A stretch of 64,000 bases of DNA from Sphyrna mokarran (GCA_024679065.1 JAGIQG010000030.1:15624001-15688000), one strand, 5' to 3'; shown: positions 40,976-54,575, counted from the first letter of the stretch. Notes: a model not told the origin generated them from the sequence alone. Made by a program: numbers and translations.

Positions 40976-42039
40976 AGTGAATAAACTTCACCCTGTCTAT
41001 TATAACTGACAGATGAGGCTCTTGGAGAGATCCAATACTGTACAGCTTGTGGAACGGAAACAGATCTTAAACAGCTATTTTGCACATTTATTCCCAGATG
41101 CACTTGTCTGATTTGCAAGCTAATGGCAGTGAGGACCTAGTACTGGTCAGCTAAATATTCCACCTCCCAGATATATTGAAGGGGAGACTCGGGAATATCT
41201 TGAGCATTTCCCTCAGCAAAAGGCCGCCATTAGCAAGGAGATCCAACACTAGACCAGTTCAAACTTTTATAAACGATGGCAGCAACTGTTAGACAACAAA
41301 GAGCTCTGCCAGTGTTCAAATGTCCAAGTGTGCAGAGCAATTGTGCATCAGCAACATAAAGGAGCTAAAGAGAAATGCCATGAGTGGTATCTTTGGATTT
41401 ACTGCAAAGGTCATCATAAATTCTACAAGCATTCAGGTAAAACAGTATCAAAGTGAACAGGCCACTGATTCTGACTGGCCAGAGCCCATCATCCCTGCCA
41501 GCTCACATTTTCTCAACTCTCAAAAGGTCAATGTTCTAAGAAAGGACAAAGAAAACTCTTCAAAGACATTCGGAAGCTCTACTTGTGTATCACACAGCTT
41601 AATTACTGGGAGGAGTTAGTTATCTTCTGTCTTTGCTATTTTATTCCACTAATCTATTTTATTTTATATACCTATGGAAACTTTTACAATTTATGTTTTA
41701 TGTCTATAACTGATTTACTTTGTGTTCTATTTTACATACCTTAATTCTGATTTCATCCAATGCTGCATTTTAAAACCTTCCCAATCCTCAGCTTCGCTGT
41801 TCTTTTGACAATATTATAAATCTCTTTGACAGAGTCATCTGGGCTCGAAACATCAGCTCTTTTCTCTCCTACCAGGCCAGCTAAGATTTTCCAGCATTTT
41901 AGTTTCGTATTCCAGTATCCGCAGTAAATTGCTTTTGTAAATCTCTGCCTTTAATATAGCAATTTCATTAACTTGTTATTCACAGTTTGACCATATTTCC
42001 TTTGTGGGTTTATTTCTGAAGGATATTGCCCCTCCTTAT

Positions 42040-42370
42040 TTCTATAATCTCCTCTAATCTCACAATCCTCTGAGATATCTGTGCTCAGCTAACTCTGGCC
42101 TCTCGAGAATCCCCAATTTTAATTGTTCAAATATTGCCAACCATGTCTTCAGCTGTCTGGGCCCCAAGTTCTGGAATTCCCTCCTTAAATCCCTCCATCT
42201 TTCTCCTTCATCTCCTTTAAAATATTCCTTGTGAACCTACCTCTTTGGTTCCTTCTGGCCATCTTCCCTGATATTTTCTTACATGGCTTAGTTGATATTT
42301 AGCTTTACAATACTCCAATGAAGCACTTTGGGATTTATATCAAACACGGTCTATAAATATAAGGCCAGTG
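42040..42370 (+). mobile_element. L2-like LINE 3' end
   Basis: cttcagctgtctgggccccaagttctggaattccctcc...tgaagcactttgggat...ctataaatataag. A similar copy lies at ~52900-53260. Confidence 0.6.
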
Positions 42371-42959
42371 TTGGACAGTCACGTCCTCAAAGACATGGGC
42401 CAGAATTCTCTGGCCATTCACTCTCCACCACTGCTGCCAGGAAGAACAGAGAATTTAGTGCGCAGCCAAATCTCCGCTCACTGCGGAGGGACTGGAAAAT
42501 CACAACTGCAGTGACATTAGAGAATCCTTGCTGAGGAGGAGGTCAGCGAATCCGGCCATGATTTATGGTCAAGTTGGCCCAAATCTACGATACAAGAATG
42601 TCTACAAGCAAGACTTCAAGTTAACTATGATTGGAACTGATGCTTGGGGACCAGCGGTAAATAGCTGGGAAAGGATGACTCCAGGCTTGGCTCACTTTCT
42701 ATGTGGAGTCTGCATGTTCTGCCATGTCTGTGTGTGTTCCCTCCAGGTACTCCAGTTTCCTCCACACTCCAAAGATGTGCAGGTTAAGGAGATTATCCAC
42801 AGTAAATGTCTGGGATGATGGTGGAGTTGAAGTGGGGGGAGGGGTGTCTGGTTAAAATGCTTTGTTGGAGAGTAGGTGAAAGCTCACTGGATTGAATGGA
42901 ATGCAGGAATGAATCTGGCACTGTAAGGATTTTAGAGTTCTATAGATGATAAAAGTAAA

Positions 42960-45160
42960 GGGATGGCAGACAGGCTAGATAAACTTAAATCCAGACTCAC
43001 TTTCCAAGAAGCACTGAAGGACTGCTATGTGCTCCATGTTTCACGGAGACATGGCTCACTCCTGCTTCATGGACAATGCCCTACAACCAGAGGTCCTCTT
43101 AATCTATCAAATAGACCATACAGTGGCCTCAGGCAAGGCTAGGGAAGATGGGGTCTGCTTTCTAATCAACATCTCGTGTTGCCTAGATATAGCAACACCG
43201 GCAATTTTCTGCATCCCAGATCTAGAATACCCGACCATAAATTCGGCTCCTACCCTTTCCACAGAAGTTCACCTCCATTATCCTGATGGCAGTTTACATC
43301 CCACCTTATGTGGACATGAAGATCAGACTGGACAAAATATACACCACTACAAATAGCCTTGAGATGAAACATCCCGAGGCCTTGTTCATCATGATCAGGG
43401 ACTTCAATCAGGCCAAGCTCAAAAATGTACTGGCAAGTTACCATCAACACATCTCCTCTTTCAGCAGAGGTACAAACATCTTAGACCATCGCTACACAAA
43501 TATCAAACATGCCTATTGCTCTATCACCAGCCCACACTTTGGCAAAGCAGACCACAAGGCTGTGCTCCTGCTCCCAGCTTACAAGCAAAAACTGAAGCGG
43601 GAGAATCCATCAAAGAAAATCGTGCAATGCTGGCCTGAGGAATCGGATGACTTCCTACAGGGCTGCTTGGAGTCAGTGGACTGGTCAGTACTTAACTCTG
43701 CGACCAGCCTGAACTACAGTAGCTGACTGCATTAGTAAGTGTGTAAAAGATTGTGTGCCGAAGAAGCAAATCCATCTGTTCCCCAACCGGAAACCATGGA
43801 TGAACAGGGATATCCACTGCCTTCTCAAGTCCAGGTGTTCTTGAGGTGTTCAAATCAGGCGACATTGACCTATACAAGAAAGCAAGATACAATCTAAGGA
43901 GATTCAAAGACAGTACCAACCAAGCTAGAGTCCCAGGCTAGCCACACTGACCCCTGCCGACTATGGCAAGGTCTGCAAGACATAACAGGCTACAAGATGA
44001 AAGTATGTAAAATTGTCGGTTCCAGTGCACCTCTCCCCAATGAGCTCAATGCATTCTGCATCTGTTTTGAGCAAAAGTTAAGCGTAAACATGCCCTCCAA
44101 ACTGAAAGATTCAGATGAACCTGTATCTGGGGTCATCACTGCAGATGACCTCTCTCTCTAGATCCCAAACTTCTTAACTCACAGATCACAATCAGTAAGG
44201 ATAAAAGCAATAACCCCTCCTCCATGATCATTTTCAACATTGGTGTCCCACAAGGCTGTGTTCTCAGCCCCCTACAATACTCTTTATACACCTACAACTA
44301 TGTGGCCAAATTCCATTCCAATTCAATTTTCAAGTTTGCTGATGACACCATTGTAGTGGGTCAGATTTCAAACAGTGACTAGACAGCGTACAGGAAAGAG
44401 ATAGAGAATCTGGTGAATTGATACGATAACAATAATTTCCCCTCAATGTCAACAATGGAGATAGTCATCGACTTCAGGAAGTGTAGAGGAGGACATGCTC
44501 CTGTCTATATCAATGGGCATGAAGTAGTCATGGTTGAGAGCTTCATGTTTCTAGGTGTCCTGATCACCAACAATTGTCCTGGTCCCCTCTTGCCAACATT
44601 ATAGTTAAGAAAGCCCACCAATGCCTCTACTTTCTCAGAAGATTAAGGAAATTTCACATGTCCGCTATGACACTCACAAATTTTTACAGATGCAGCATAG
44701 AAAGCATTCTTTCTGGCTATATCACAGGTTAGTATGGCTCCTGCTCTGTCCAAGATCACGAGAAACTACAAAGATTGTGAACAAAGCCCAGTTCATCATT
44801 CAAACCAGCTTCCTATCCGTTGACACTGTCTATACTTTTTGCTGCCTCGAGAAAGCAGCCAGCATAATTAAACACCCTACGCACTCTGGACATTCTCTTT
44901 TTCACCTTTCTCCATCAGAAGAAAGATACAAAAGGACATGTACCAACCTACTCAAGACCAGCTTCTTCCCTGCTGCCATCAGAGTTTTGAATGGCTCTAC
45001 CCCGTATTAAGTTGATCTTTCTCTGCACCCTAGCTATGACTGTAACACTATATTCTGCACCCTCTCCTTTCCTTCTCTACATATGGTATGCTTTGTATAG
45101 TGCACAAGAAACAATACTTTTCACTGTTAATACACGTGATAATAATAAATCAAATCAAAA
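42960..45160 (+). mobile_element. Degenerate Rex1/Babar-clade LINE (APE endonuclease, partial RT, 3' tail)
   Basis: GVCFLIN, AVYIPP, (G)DFN, ILDHRY, ADH and FPNRKPW motifs; ggtgtcccacaaggctgtgttctcagcccc (GVPQGCVLSP); aagtttgctgatgacacc (KFADDT); tail aataataaatcaaatcaaa. Confidence 0.85.
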
Positions 45161-45164
45161 ATAA

Positions 45165-45825
45165 AGAGACCAAAACTGAACACAATACTCTGGATGTGGT
45201 CTCACTGACACCCTGTACAATGCAACAACACTTCTCTACTTTAATGCTCCGGTCCTTCTGCAATAAATGTCAACATCCTATTTGCCTTTTCTACTACGGA
45301 CTGCACCTGCAAACCGACTTTCTGTGATTCATGAACACAGACACCCAGATCCTTCTGGCCAGACACATTTTGAAACTGATTTCCATTTGGGTAATAATTT
45401 GTCTTTCTATTTTTCCTGCCAAAATGGATAACCTCACACTTATCCACATTAAAACACCATCTGCCAGATTTTGGCCCATTCTCTAAGCTATCAATATCTG
45501 TCTGTAGAATCTTTATTTCCTCTTCATTGCCTGCTTTCTCACAAGGGTCGCTCATTTAAACCAGAGATAAGGTGAAATCTTTTTCTTTCAGAGGGTTGAG
45601 GGTCTTTGGAACCCATTTTCTGTAAAGGTTGTGGAAATAGAGTCTTTGGATATTTTTAAGGCAGAAGTTGATAGATTCTTGGTATGAACGGGGGGGGTGA
45701 TAGGTTACCAAGGGTAGGCATGAAGCAGATTTGAAGTTACTGTCAGACCATCCATGATCTTATCAAATGGTAGAGCAGGCTCAAGGGGCTGAGTGGCCTT
45801 ATCCCTGCTCCTAATTTCTATGGGC
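45165..45825. mobile_element. Two CR1 fragments in opposite orientation (45165-45545 minus; 45545-45825 plus, 3' tail)
   Basis: Minus ORF LQTDIDSL...FNVDKCEVIHFG...KANRMLTFI, then a plus-strand tail gatcttatcaaatggtagagcaggctcaaggggc. Confidence 0.8.
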
Positions 45826-46309
45826 TTTCTTGACAAGATGAGTAATGCAATGCTGTATGAGCCAGATTGAAACAGTAAGCTAGTTTATTATAGTCATTAT
45901 AAATGTCATGCTGCAATACTTATTGTAATGAAGTCAATGACACAAATATAGTTTCAGTTTCCAATAACAGGTGTGTGACATTGAACAGGATTCTCAGTCA
46001 TTCCAATAGTCTACATGTCATTCTGAATTGCTCTCAAATTTGGTATAAACAGTTAAAATAGATAAAAGAATTTAATAGTAGCATGAATACACTTACTTGG
46101 CAGAATATTAATGAATTGAACATTTTTCAGTATGGCACTCTGGACTTTATCAAATAGTAGATTCTCTGAGTCACTGAACTGCACATGTCGCTGTCACATG
46201 CCTCTCACACATGCTACTTTTCAAACACTACGTGTTAGATAACCAGGAACAACAGTCATTTCACATTGGTGCTTCTCAGTTTTGACAACCTGCACCTCTC
46301 CAATCATTG

Positions 46310-46690
46310 TCACTCCAATCCCCCACCCCTTCTCATTCCCAACCTTCCCTACCACCAACCCCCACCTCCAATCTCTTGCCTCACCCTAAACTCCCTCACC
46401 CCAAACTCCCTCCCTCACCCACAAATTCCCCCTTACCTTAACCCCCTTCATCCCCAACCCCTTCCTTCACCCCCAACTCCCTCAGCTCCCCAATCCTCCC
46501 TTCATCCCTAACCCCCTCGCCCCCAACCCTCCTCACTCCAACCCCACTCACTCCCAATCCCTTCCCTGATCCCCAACACGCCCCACACTCCCAACAACCC
46601 TTCACCCCAATTTCCCCCTCATTCCCAACCCTTCCCTCACTTTCAATCCCACCAACTCCCCCCAACCATCCCCAACCTGCCTGACTCCCA
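46310..46690 (+). repeat. C-rich low-complexity repeat
   Basis: Repeated cccaacccttccctcac-like units. Confidence 0.85.
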
Positions 46691-47290
46691 ATGGCAGAAA
46701 TCAGGTGATTTACAAAAAACCTGTCTGGTAAATCTCAACATATTCCAAATGTGGAGTGCTTCCTTTTGAGTCATTAAATGGATAGAACAGGTTATATTCT
46801 TCTCCAAACTCAGTGCAGGAAACTTCACATTGTGCTTCAGACACAGATGAACCATGCACAATGCCATAGGAGTTCATTCATTAGGACACAAATGACAACA
46901 GACGAGATTTAAGTGCTGGAATGCACCAACTCACTGTCTGCAAAGTTCGAAGTGAGCTTTGCTGATGGAATAAATGTCATCCCACATTCCCAACTTTCCA
47001 GCTCCCAATACTCGTCCTTTTACAGAACAAACCTGCTTCCTGATTGATATTAAACTACAATTTCAATCCTGTGCAGGAGCTGGAAGCATCACATTGGTGT
47101 AGGAGAAAGTCTATAAACCTTTTCCTCTAATCTGGGATGATTTTCAGCACTGCATTTCTGAAAAATTTGTTCTTACTGAAGTTTTCCACAGCAAAGACAG
47201 TTATCAGCGATACAATGAAACACAAAGAACCTGGCTTCAGCCTTGACCCTGAGTTCTATTTCCAATTACTGACCTGGAATCCATGTAGAA

Positions 47291-48545
47291 CGAGTGCAAA
47301 AAAGCCAAAATGTGTCCCCAAAACGCACAGACAGAATCAGAAGATTCTACAAATGGCACATTGTTTCTGAACTGAAAAAAATACAAAAGTCAGGATTTGA
47401 AGCTGGAATTATATAAAATATTGCTCAGGCCACAGCTGGAATTTTTGTGCACAATTGCAGGAAGAACATAATTGTTCTGGAGAGAGTGCAGAGGAGATTT
47501 ACAAGAATGTTGCTAGGATTTGAAAATTGCAATAATGAGGAGAGATTGGAAGGGCTAGGTTGTACCAGGCACTGCCAATCTGGCATCTCGGTAATGCCCA
47601 CCAGCATCTTAACAATGTCCAGTGGGCAGTGCCAGGATGCCTATGAGGCAGAGTCTATAGGACAGTGGGACTTGAAGAGGCAGCCCAATCAGTGAGGGGG
47701 GAAACCACTGAGTACTTTGCCTGTGATCAAATCAAAAGGGGCGAGGGTGTATTGGTGGTGGAAGGACCCACTGCCATTCTGCAGGTGATTGAATCAGGGA
47801 GGGAGGGAGGGGGGGCCAACAGGAGATCCAGCCAGACCCGTCATTCCAACAAGCTGAACTCCTCCTCACTGGGCAACCAAAGATCGGGAGTGTGGGATGG
47901 CAGCGGAGTTAATAATTGAGAAGCAGCTCTTCAAATAGAGACAGAAGCTGCAACACAGCAGTCTGGTGGCACAGTGGTTAGCAGTGCTGCCTCACAATGC
48001 TAAGGGACCCAGGTTCAATTCCGGTCCCAGGTCACTGTGTGGAGTTTGCACATTCTCCCTTTGTTTGTGTTGGTTTTCTCCAGATGCTCTGGTTTTCTCA
48101 CATTGTCCAAAGATATGGGGGTTAGGTTGACTGTACATGCTAAATTGCCTGTTAGTGTCAGGGGATTGATTAGCTAAGGTAAATGCATGAGGTTATGGGG
48201 ATAGGGCCTGAGTGGGATTGTGGTCGCATGGCCTCCTCTTGCATCCGAGATGCCAGATTGGCAGTGCCTGGTACAACCTAGCCCTTCCAATCTCTCCTCA
48301 TTATTGCAATTTTCAAATCCTAGCAACATTCTTGTAAATCTCCTCTGCACTCTCTCCAGAACAATTATGTTCTTCCTGCAATTGTGCACAAAAATTCCAG
48401 CTGTGGCCTGAGCAATATTTTATATAATTCCAGCTTCAAATCCTGACTTTTGTATTTTTTTCAGTTCAGAAACAATGTGCCATTTGTAGAATCTTCTGAT
48501 TCTGTCTGTGCGTTTTGGGGACACATTTTGGCTTTTTTGCACTCG
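47291..48545. repeat. Apparently perfect 301-bp inverted repeat, arms 47291-47591 and 48245-48545
   Basis: The arms are reverse complements with no mismatch seen by eye. Identical peptides appear in ORFs 47447(+)/48389(-) and 47607(-)/48220(+). Confidence 0.97.
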
Positions 48546-48570
48546 GGAATCTGTGATATCTATGATTCTA
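47963..48570 (+). mobile_element. HE1/V-SINE-like SINE whose tail is interrupted by the 301-bp inverted copy
   Basis: Head ggtggcacagtggttagcagtgctgcctcaca and V core. The tail reads ...tggcctcctcttgca|insert|ggaatctgtgatatctatgattcta. Confidence 0.85.
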
Positions 48571-49579
48571 ACCTCTCGCACTCAGTTTAAAAATGAAATG
48601 CAGATTCATCCAGGCTGCAAATATTCCAGGTGGGGCAGCATTCTACTCGATTTCTCTGCCTTTATACATGTGTGGCTGTGAGTCTATTTTGGTGATGTCT
48701 TGGGATTCCAGACAGGTGGCGTTTGTAATCCAAGTTTCCCAGGAACCAAAACATGTTCTGTCTTTTCTCCGTAAACAATAATGGAACCCTCGATTCCCTC
48801 AGGATGACTTTGCAGTAATCCTTCCATGGAAAACAAGCTTTAACTTGCATAATATTTTGCACTGCAGCTGAGCGCTAAAGGAGCAGTAACTGTGACAGAG
48901 CAGGGCACAGCCGACAGAGATCACATTGAGGATGGTGGGCAGAGTCTGTCGTTTGGAAATGCCATTGGCCAGGTGAAGCCAGCTCTGTTTTTCAGTTGGT
49001 GCTGTGCACCATTGCTGGGGTCCAGATGAGGGCGGCACTGAACTGCTTTCAGACTGATCCACGTGATGTGTGCCTGTTAGTATTTGATGTGGTGGAACTG
49101 GGAGTGCCGTCCAGATGTTGCACTGTCCCAGCAGATGGCTCTGGTCTGGATCTCAGAAACTGACAAGCTTACACCTGAGGAGGCCATTCAGTCCAACAAA
49201 CCTTTCTTGCCCTTTGTTAGGGCATTGAAATCTAAATCTAATGCCTTGTAATTTCCGCAAAGCCCTTTGTCTTTTCCTGCTTCATCACTGTATCCTTTCA
49301 GGGATACAGTGGTTTCTGCTTTAACTATATCCTGTGCGAAGTACTCCCCAGTCCAATAGCCCATGGTGTAAAGACATTTGTCCAAAAATTTCTCCCTGTT
49401 TTAAATCGATGACTCTTCCCAAACAATAGAAATAGTTTTGCTGATTCACCCAATTGAAATCCTTCATCATTGTTCAAAACATGATTAAGGTTCGCAAATG
49501 TCTTCTCAAAACTGTACCCCCCCCATGTCCAATGACATATCTTTGCAGCTTCCTTACACATTGTTTTTCTCTCATAAAA

Positions 49580-49885
49580 TCTTAGAATCTACAGTGCAGA
49601 AGGAGGCCATTTGGCCCATCGAGTCTGTACCAACACAATCCCATCCAGGCCCTATCCCCGTAACTCCATATACTTACCCTGATAATCCCTCTGACACCAG
49701 GGGCAATTTACCATGGCCAATCAACCTAACCCACACATCTTTGGAGTGTGGGAGGAAACCGGAACACCCGGAGGAAACACACACAAACACGGGGAGAATA
49801 TGCAAACTCCACCCAGACAGTGACCCAAGGCTGGAATTGAACCTAGGTCTCTGGTGCTGTGAGGCAGTAGTGCTAACCAATGCCA
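49580..49885 (-). mobile_element. HE1/V-SINE-like SINE
   Basis: Reverse complement of the consensus seen at 52568-52895. Confidence 0.88.
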
Positions 49886-50214
49886 GTGTTCTCACATCCA
49901 GGTAGGTGACACATTGATAACATTCACTCTGCATCAAGTGCTAAAAGGTCCTGTCAGCATGTAAGAAAACACGAGCCTAAATTTTCCTGCCATTCATGCC
50001 GACAGGATCTTCCAGGGATGGTGCACCCCCACCATCGTTTCACAACAGCAAGGGGTGCACACAATGGAAAACTATTTGGACAATAGCAGGACCAGAAGAT
50101 CCCACTATCAGCCAATGGTGGGCTACCTCCATTGTGGAGAAACATGCTGGGAGTTGCACAGAAAATTTCACTTTTGTGTTTCGTCTACCAACAAACTCTG
50201 TTCTCCAGCCACCC

Positions 50215-50735
50215 TGGTTACCCTATTATAGAAAGGATATTATTAAACTAGAAAGAGTGCAGAAAAGATTTACTAGGATGCTACCGGGACTTGATGGATT
50301 GAGTTATGAGGAGAGGCTGAGTAGACTGGGACATTTTTCTCTAGAGCATAGGAGACTGAGGGGTGACTATAGAGGTCTATAAAATAATGAGAGGCATGGA
50401 CAAAGTATAGAGTCAATATCTTTTCCCAAAGGTGGGTGAGTCTAAAACTAGAGGGCATAGGTTTAAGGTGAAAGGGGAAAAATATAAAAGTGTTCAGGGG
50501 GGCAATTTTTTCACACAGAGGGTAGTAAGTGTCTGGAATGAGTTGCCAGAGATAGTAGTAGAGGTGGGTACAATTTTATCTTTTAAATATCATTTAGATA
50601 GTTACATGGGTACCACGGGTATAGAGAGATATGGGCCAAATGCGGGCAATTGGGATTAGTTTACGGGTTAAAAAAAAAGAACAGCATGGACAAGTTGGGC
50701 TGAAGGACCTGTTTCCATGCTGTAAAGCTCTATGA
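50215..50735 (+). mobile_element. CR1 (HER1-like) LINE 3' end
   Basis: PYYRKDIIKLERVQKRFTRMLPGL...SKTRGHRFKV...FFTQRVVSVWNELP. Confidence 0.9.
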
Positions 50736-50919
50736 TGCCAACTCCATCTTCCAACTGTCTCACTCACAGAGGCTGAGCCAGACTGATTGCAACTTTAGTG
50801 TCCTATCTGACCCTGAGGTGAATTTCCAATCACGTAGCTACACCAGCACTAAGGTCTTCTACTTACCTCTATAATATCACATGACTCTGTTCCCACTTCA
50901 GCTCACCTGAAACCAACGT

Positions 50920-51195
50920 CAGCACTTCCCTCTCACAGCACCAGGAACCCAGACTCAATTCTGGCCTCGGAGTTTACACGTTCTCCCCGTGTCTGCGTGG
51001 GTTTCCTCTGACTGCTCTGATTTCCTCCTACAGTCCAAAGGCCTGTAGGTCATATGGATTGGCCATGGTAAATGCATGGGGTTACGAGGATAGGATGGAG
51101 GCGTGTGAGCCTGGGTAAAATGGTCTTTTTAGGAGTCAGCGCAGATCGAATGGCTAAATGGCCTCCTTCTGAACTGTAGAGATTCTATTATTCTG
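50920..51195 (+). mobile_element. HE1/V-SINE-like SINE
   Basis: Core cgttctccccgtgtctgcgtgggtttcctc and tail tggcctccttctgaactgtagagattctat. Confidence 0.8.
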
Positions 51196-51369
51196 TGGAT
51201 ATCTCTGCCATTGCCACTGTCTAGTCTGATATATTTCTATTTGGTCTCCCATATTCTACCATTGATTATAAATTTGACATAATCAAAAATTCTGTTGCCC
51301 CAATTATACTTACCTGTTACTCCTGTGCCCATTGACTTACACTGCTTCCCATTTACAGATTAGTTCAAA

Positions 51370-52240
51370 GAAATCTAGAAAATGGGAGCAGGAGTCATTC
51401 TGCCCTTCAAGTCTGCTCCATCATTCAATATGTACATGGCTGATCCCAACTCATGCACCTGCTCTCTCTCCAAATCCCTTGAAACCTTTAGAGTTAGGAA
51501 ATCCACCTATTTTCTTCACAGCTTTCTGTGGTAGAGAATGGCACAGGTTCACTGCCCTCTGAATGGAGAAGATTCACATTATCTCGTCCTAAATGGCCTA
51601 CTCCGTAAGCTGTTCTAGACTCTTCCTGATAAAATAAACAACATCCCAGTAGCCAATCTGTGCAGTCTTGTCAGAATCTTTCATATTTCAATTAGTTCCC
51701 CTGCATCTTTCCAAATTCCACTGAGTACAGGTGCAGTTGACCCGACCTCTCTTCGTATGACAATCCTGCCGTAGAACAATAGGAAAGTTAGTGCATTGAA
51801 GGCCCATTCTTGTCCATGCCATTCTGAGGATACACACTTTCCTTCACCCAGCCATTATCCTTGTAGCTAACAGCATTTAAGGTGCAGACCTAAGTGTTTA
51901 GAGTCCCAATAATAAGTCCAGCGAACCTTTGCTGCTCTCCCTCTCTGGCAAGTATATGCTTGGTTATGTAAGGAGACTAAAACTGCATACAATACCCCAA
52001 GTGTGGTCTCATCAAGCTCTGCACAGCTGCAGTAGACATCTTTGTTCCTGTACTCAAGTCCCCTTGCAATGAAGGCCAACATACCCTTTGTCTTCCTAAC
52101 TGCCTGCAGTATTTACATACTTGCTTTCAGTGACTGTTGTTTAAGGACACCTAGGTCTCTTTGTACAACAACATTTCCCAATCTATCATCTTTTAAATAA
52201 TAACCATTCTGGTTTCCTCTCAAAGTAAATAAATTCACAC
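51370..52240 (-). mobile_element. Degenerate CR1 LINE 3' portion
   Basis: Minus ORF MLAFIARGLEYRNKDV and a CR1 tail at ~51375. Confidence 0.82.
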
Positions 52241-52246
52241 TTAACC

Positions 52247-52895
52247 ATGGCACAGTGGTTGGCATTGCTTCCTCACAGCGCAGGGACCCAGGTTCAATTC
52301 CAGACTTGTCAGTGTGGAGTTTGTACGTTTATCCTCCCCATGTCTGCATGGATTTCCTCCAGCTGCTCCATTTCCTCTCACAATCCAAAAGACTTGTTGG
52401 TTAAGTGCATCGGCTGTTCTAAATCCTCTCTGTGTACCCAAACGAACTTGGGGATGGTGGCGACTTGGGGATTTTCACAGTAGCTTCATTGCACTATTAA
52501 TGTAAGCCTATTTGTCTCACTAAAAATAAATTTCATGTATTTGCTCACTCAAATTGTCTAAATCAAGGTGGCACGGTAGCACAGTAGTTAGCACTGCTGC
52601 TTCACAGCTCCAGACACCTGGGTTTGATTCCTGGCTTGGGTCACTGTCTGTGTGGAGTTTGCATATTCTCCTCATGTCTGCACACGGTTGCTCTGGTTTC
52701 CTCCCACAGTCCAAAGATGTGTGGGTTAGATTTATTGGCCATGCTAAAAATTGCCCTTAGTGTCCTGAGATGTATAGCTTAGAGGGATTAATGAGTAAAT
52801 ATATAGGGATATAGGGGTAGGATCTGGGTGGGATTGTGGTCAGTGCAGACTCAATGGGCCGAATGGCCACTTTCTGTACTGTAAGGGTTCTATGA
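52247..52895 (+). mobile_element. Two adjacent V-SINE-like SINEs (52247-52530 and 52568-52895) with different tails
   Basis: Both have the tRNA-like head and V core. The first ends cactaaaaataaa; the second ends ctgtaagggttctatga. Confidence 0.85.
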
Positions 52896-53714
52896 TAAAT
52901 CACCATTTAAAATGTTCATCCTTACTTTCAAATCCTTCCATGGCCTTACACTTTCTAACTTTGTATCTCCATCAACCTCATAATCTTGTGAGAACTCTCC
53001 AATTTTGAGCATCTCCAATTTTAATCACTGCAGCATTAGCAATCGTGCTATCAGCTGCCTTAGCCCTAAGCTCTGGAGTGCATTCGCTAAACCACTACAC
53101 CTCTGTACCCCACTTTATCTTTTAATGTACCCATTAAAACATTTCCTTGTCCAATCTGTTATGTCTCTGTCCTTATATGTCTTACAAGTCTTCTGTGAAA
53201 CATCTTGGGACATCTTAAGGCACTATCGGAACTATATAAATACCAGTTGTTATTGTTGTCATAGGTCCCTCTTCTATGATCCTAGCGTCTTGGATTGTGT
53301 CTGTTGTCCTGATTCTTACCCTGTGAAGATGTGTGGGTTAGTTGGATTGGCCATTCTAAATTGATCCTAGAGTCAGGGGAATTGCAGGTAAATATGTGAG
53401 GTTATGGAAATAAGGCCTGTGGTCAGTACAGACTTGATGGACCAAATGGCCTTCTTCTGTATTGTAGGAATTCTATGACTCGAAGTATTTAGAATTGAGT
53501 GAATTGAGGGTCACATCCCAAACTGCAAAGTTCATCAGGTTCCTGTTCTTCAGACAATATTAGCTTTTCTTTTCACCACAGAAACACTGCAAGCTCCTTC
53601 TGATGTTTAATAGGAGAAAAGTAGAAGTGATGTAAATTCAAGACCAACCAGATTGCTGCGCACAGTCCTGATCTCCATGTTCCAAAATGCTCCTGAAGGC
53701 ATCATTTTAGAATA

Positions 53715-54155
53715 TGCAAAAAATGATTCACAAAAACGAACAGGTTCTAACTATCAGGAAAGACTAGATAGGCGGTGGCCCTTTTCTTTCAAAAAGGGAA
53801 GGCTGAGCAGTGACCTTGATTAAAATTCTGAAGAGATTTCCTGGGTGGACGTGCAGACAATGCATTCATCTGTGGGGAAGCCCAAAACTAGAGGTTTTAA
53901 GTATAAGACTGTAGCTAATAAATTGTCTGGGAATTCAGGATAAACATCTTTATCCAGAGAAAGTGTTTCCCATAGCGATTAGCTAAGACAAATAGCAAAT
54001 ATGTATTTAAGGAGCAGCTAGATTAGCACAAGGAACAATAGGAATAGAAGGATTGACAGGGCTAGAGAAAGTTTGTATAGTGCAGAGATACCAGTGCAAA
54101 CCAGTTGGACTGAATGGCCTGTTTTTGTGCTGTAAATTCCATATAATTCTATGAA
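53715..54155 (+). mobile_element. Old CR1 3' end
   Basis: aactatcaggaaagactagatagg...aaaactagagg...gaatggcctgtttttgtgctgtaaattc. Confidence 0.65.
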
Positions 54156-54299
54156 ATCAATAGGCAATCAAATGTTTTGGTCTGAAAATGCATTAGCAAT
54201 GGTAATTCCGAAGACTGTATTGATGAAATGAGCAAATGTGTCCCTATGCTCCAATCATTCTAACATACAAATTTGCTATTCTTTAATATCAAAGATAAG

Positions 54300-54575
54300 G
54301 TGGCTCGTGCACAGTGCCTCACTGTGCTACATTGCTGCCTCACAGTGCCAGGGACCTGGATTCAATTCCCAGGCTTGGGTCACTTGTGTGGAGTTAATAC
54401 GTTCTCCCTGTGTCTGCACGGGTTTCCTCAGGGTGCTCTGGCTTCTTCCCACAGTCTGAAAGACATGCCAGTTTGGTGTATTGAGTTGAACAGGTGCTGG
54501 AGTGTGATGACTAGAGGAATTTCACAGTAACTTCATTAATATAAGCCTTACCTGTGACTAAGGAATAAACTTTAA
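54300..54575 (+). mobile_element. V-SINE-like SINE
   Basis: gctgcctcacagtgccagggacctggattcaattcc...ggaatttcacagtaacttcatt. Confidence 0.82.

Noticed and set aside
47963-48030. SINE heads as additional tRNA genes
   Set aside because: A/B-box-like motifs run straight into the V-SINE core, with no complete cloverleaf.
47291-48545. DNA transposon with 301-bp TIRs
   Set aside because: The arms contain a decayed CR1 fragment, one arm interrupts a SINE that spans the boundary, and there is no TSD or transposase remnant.
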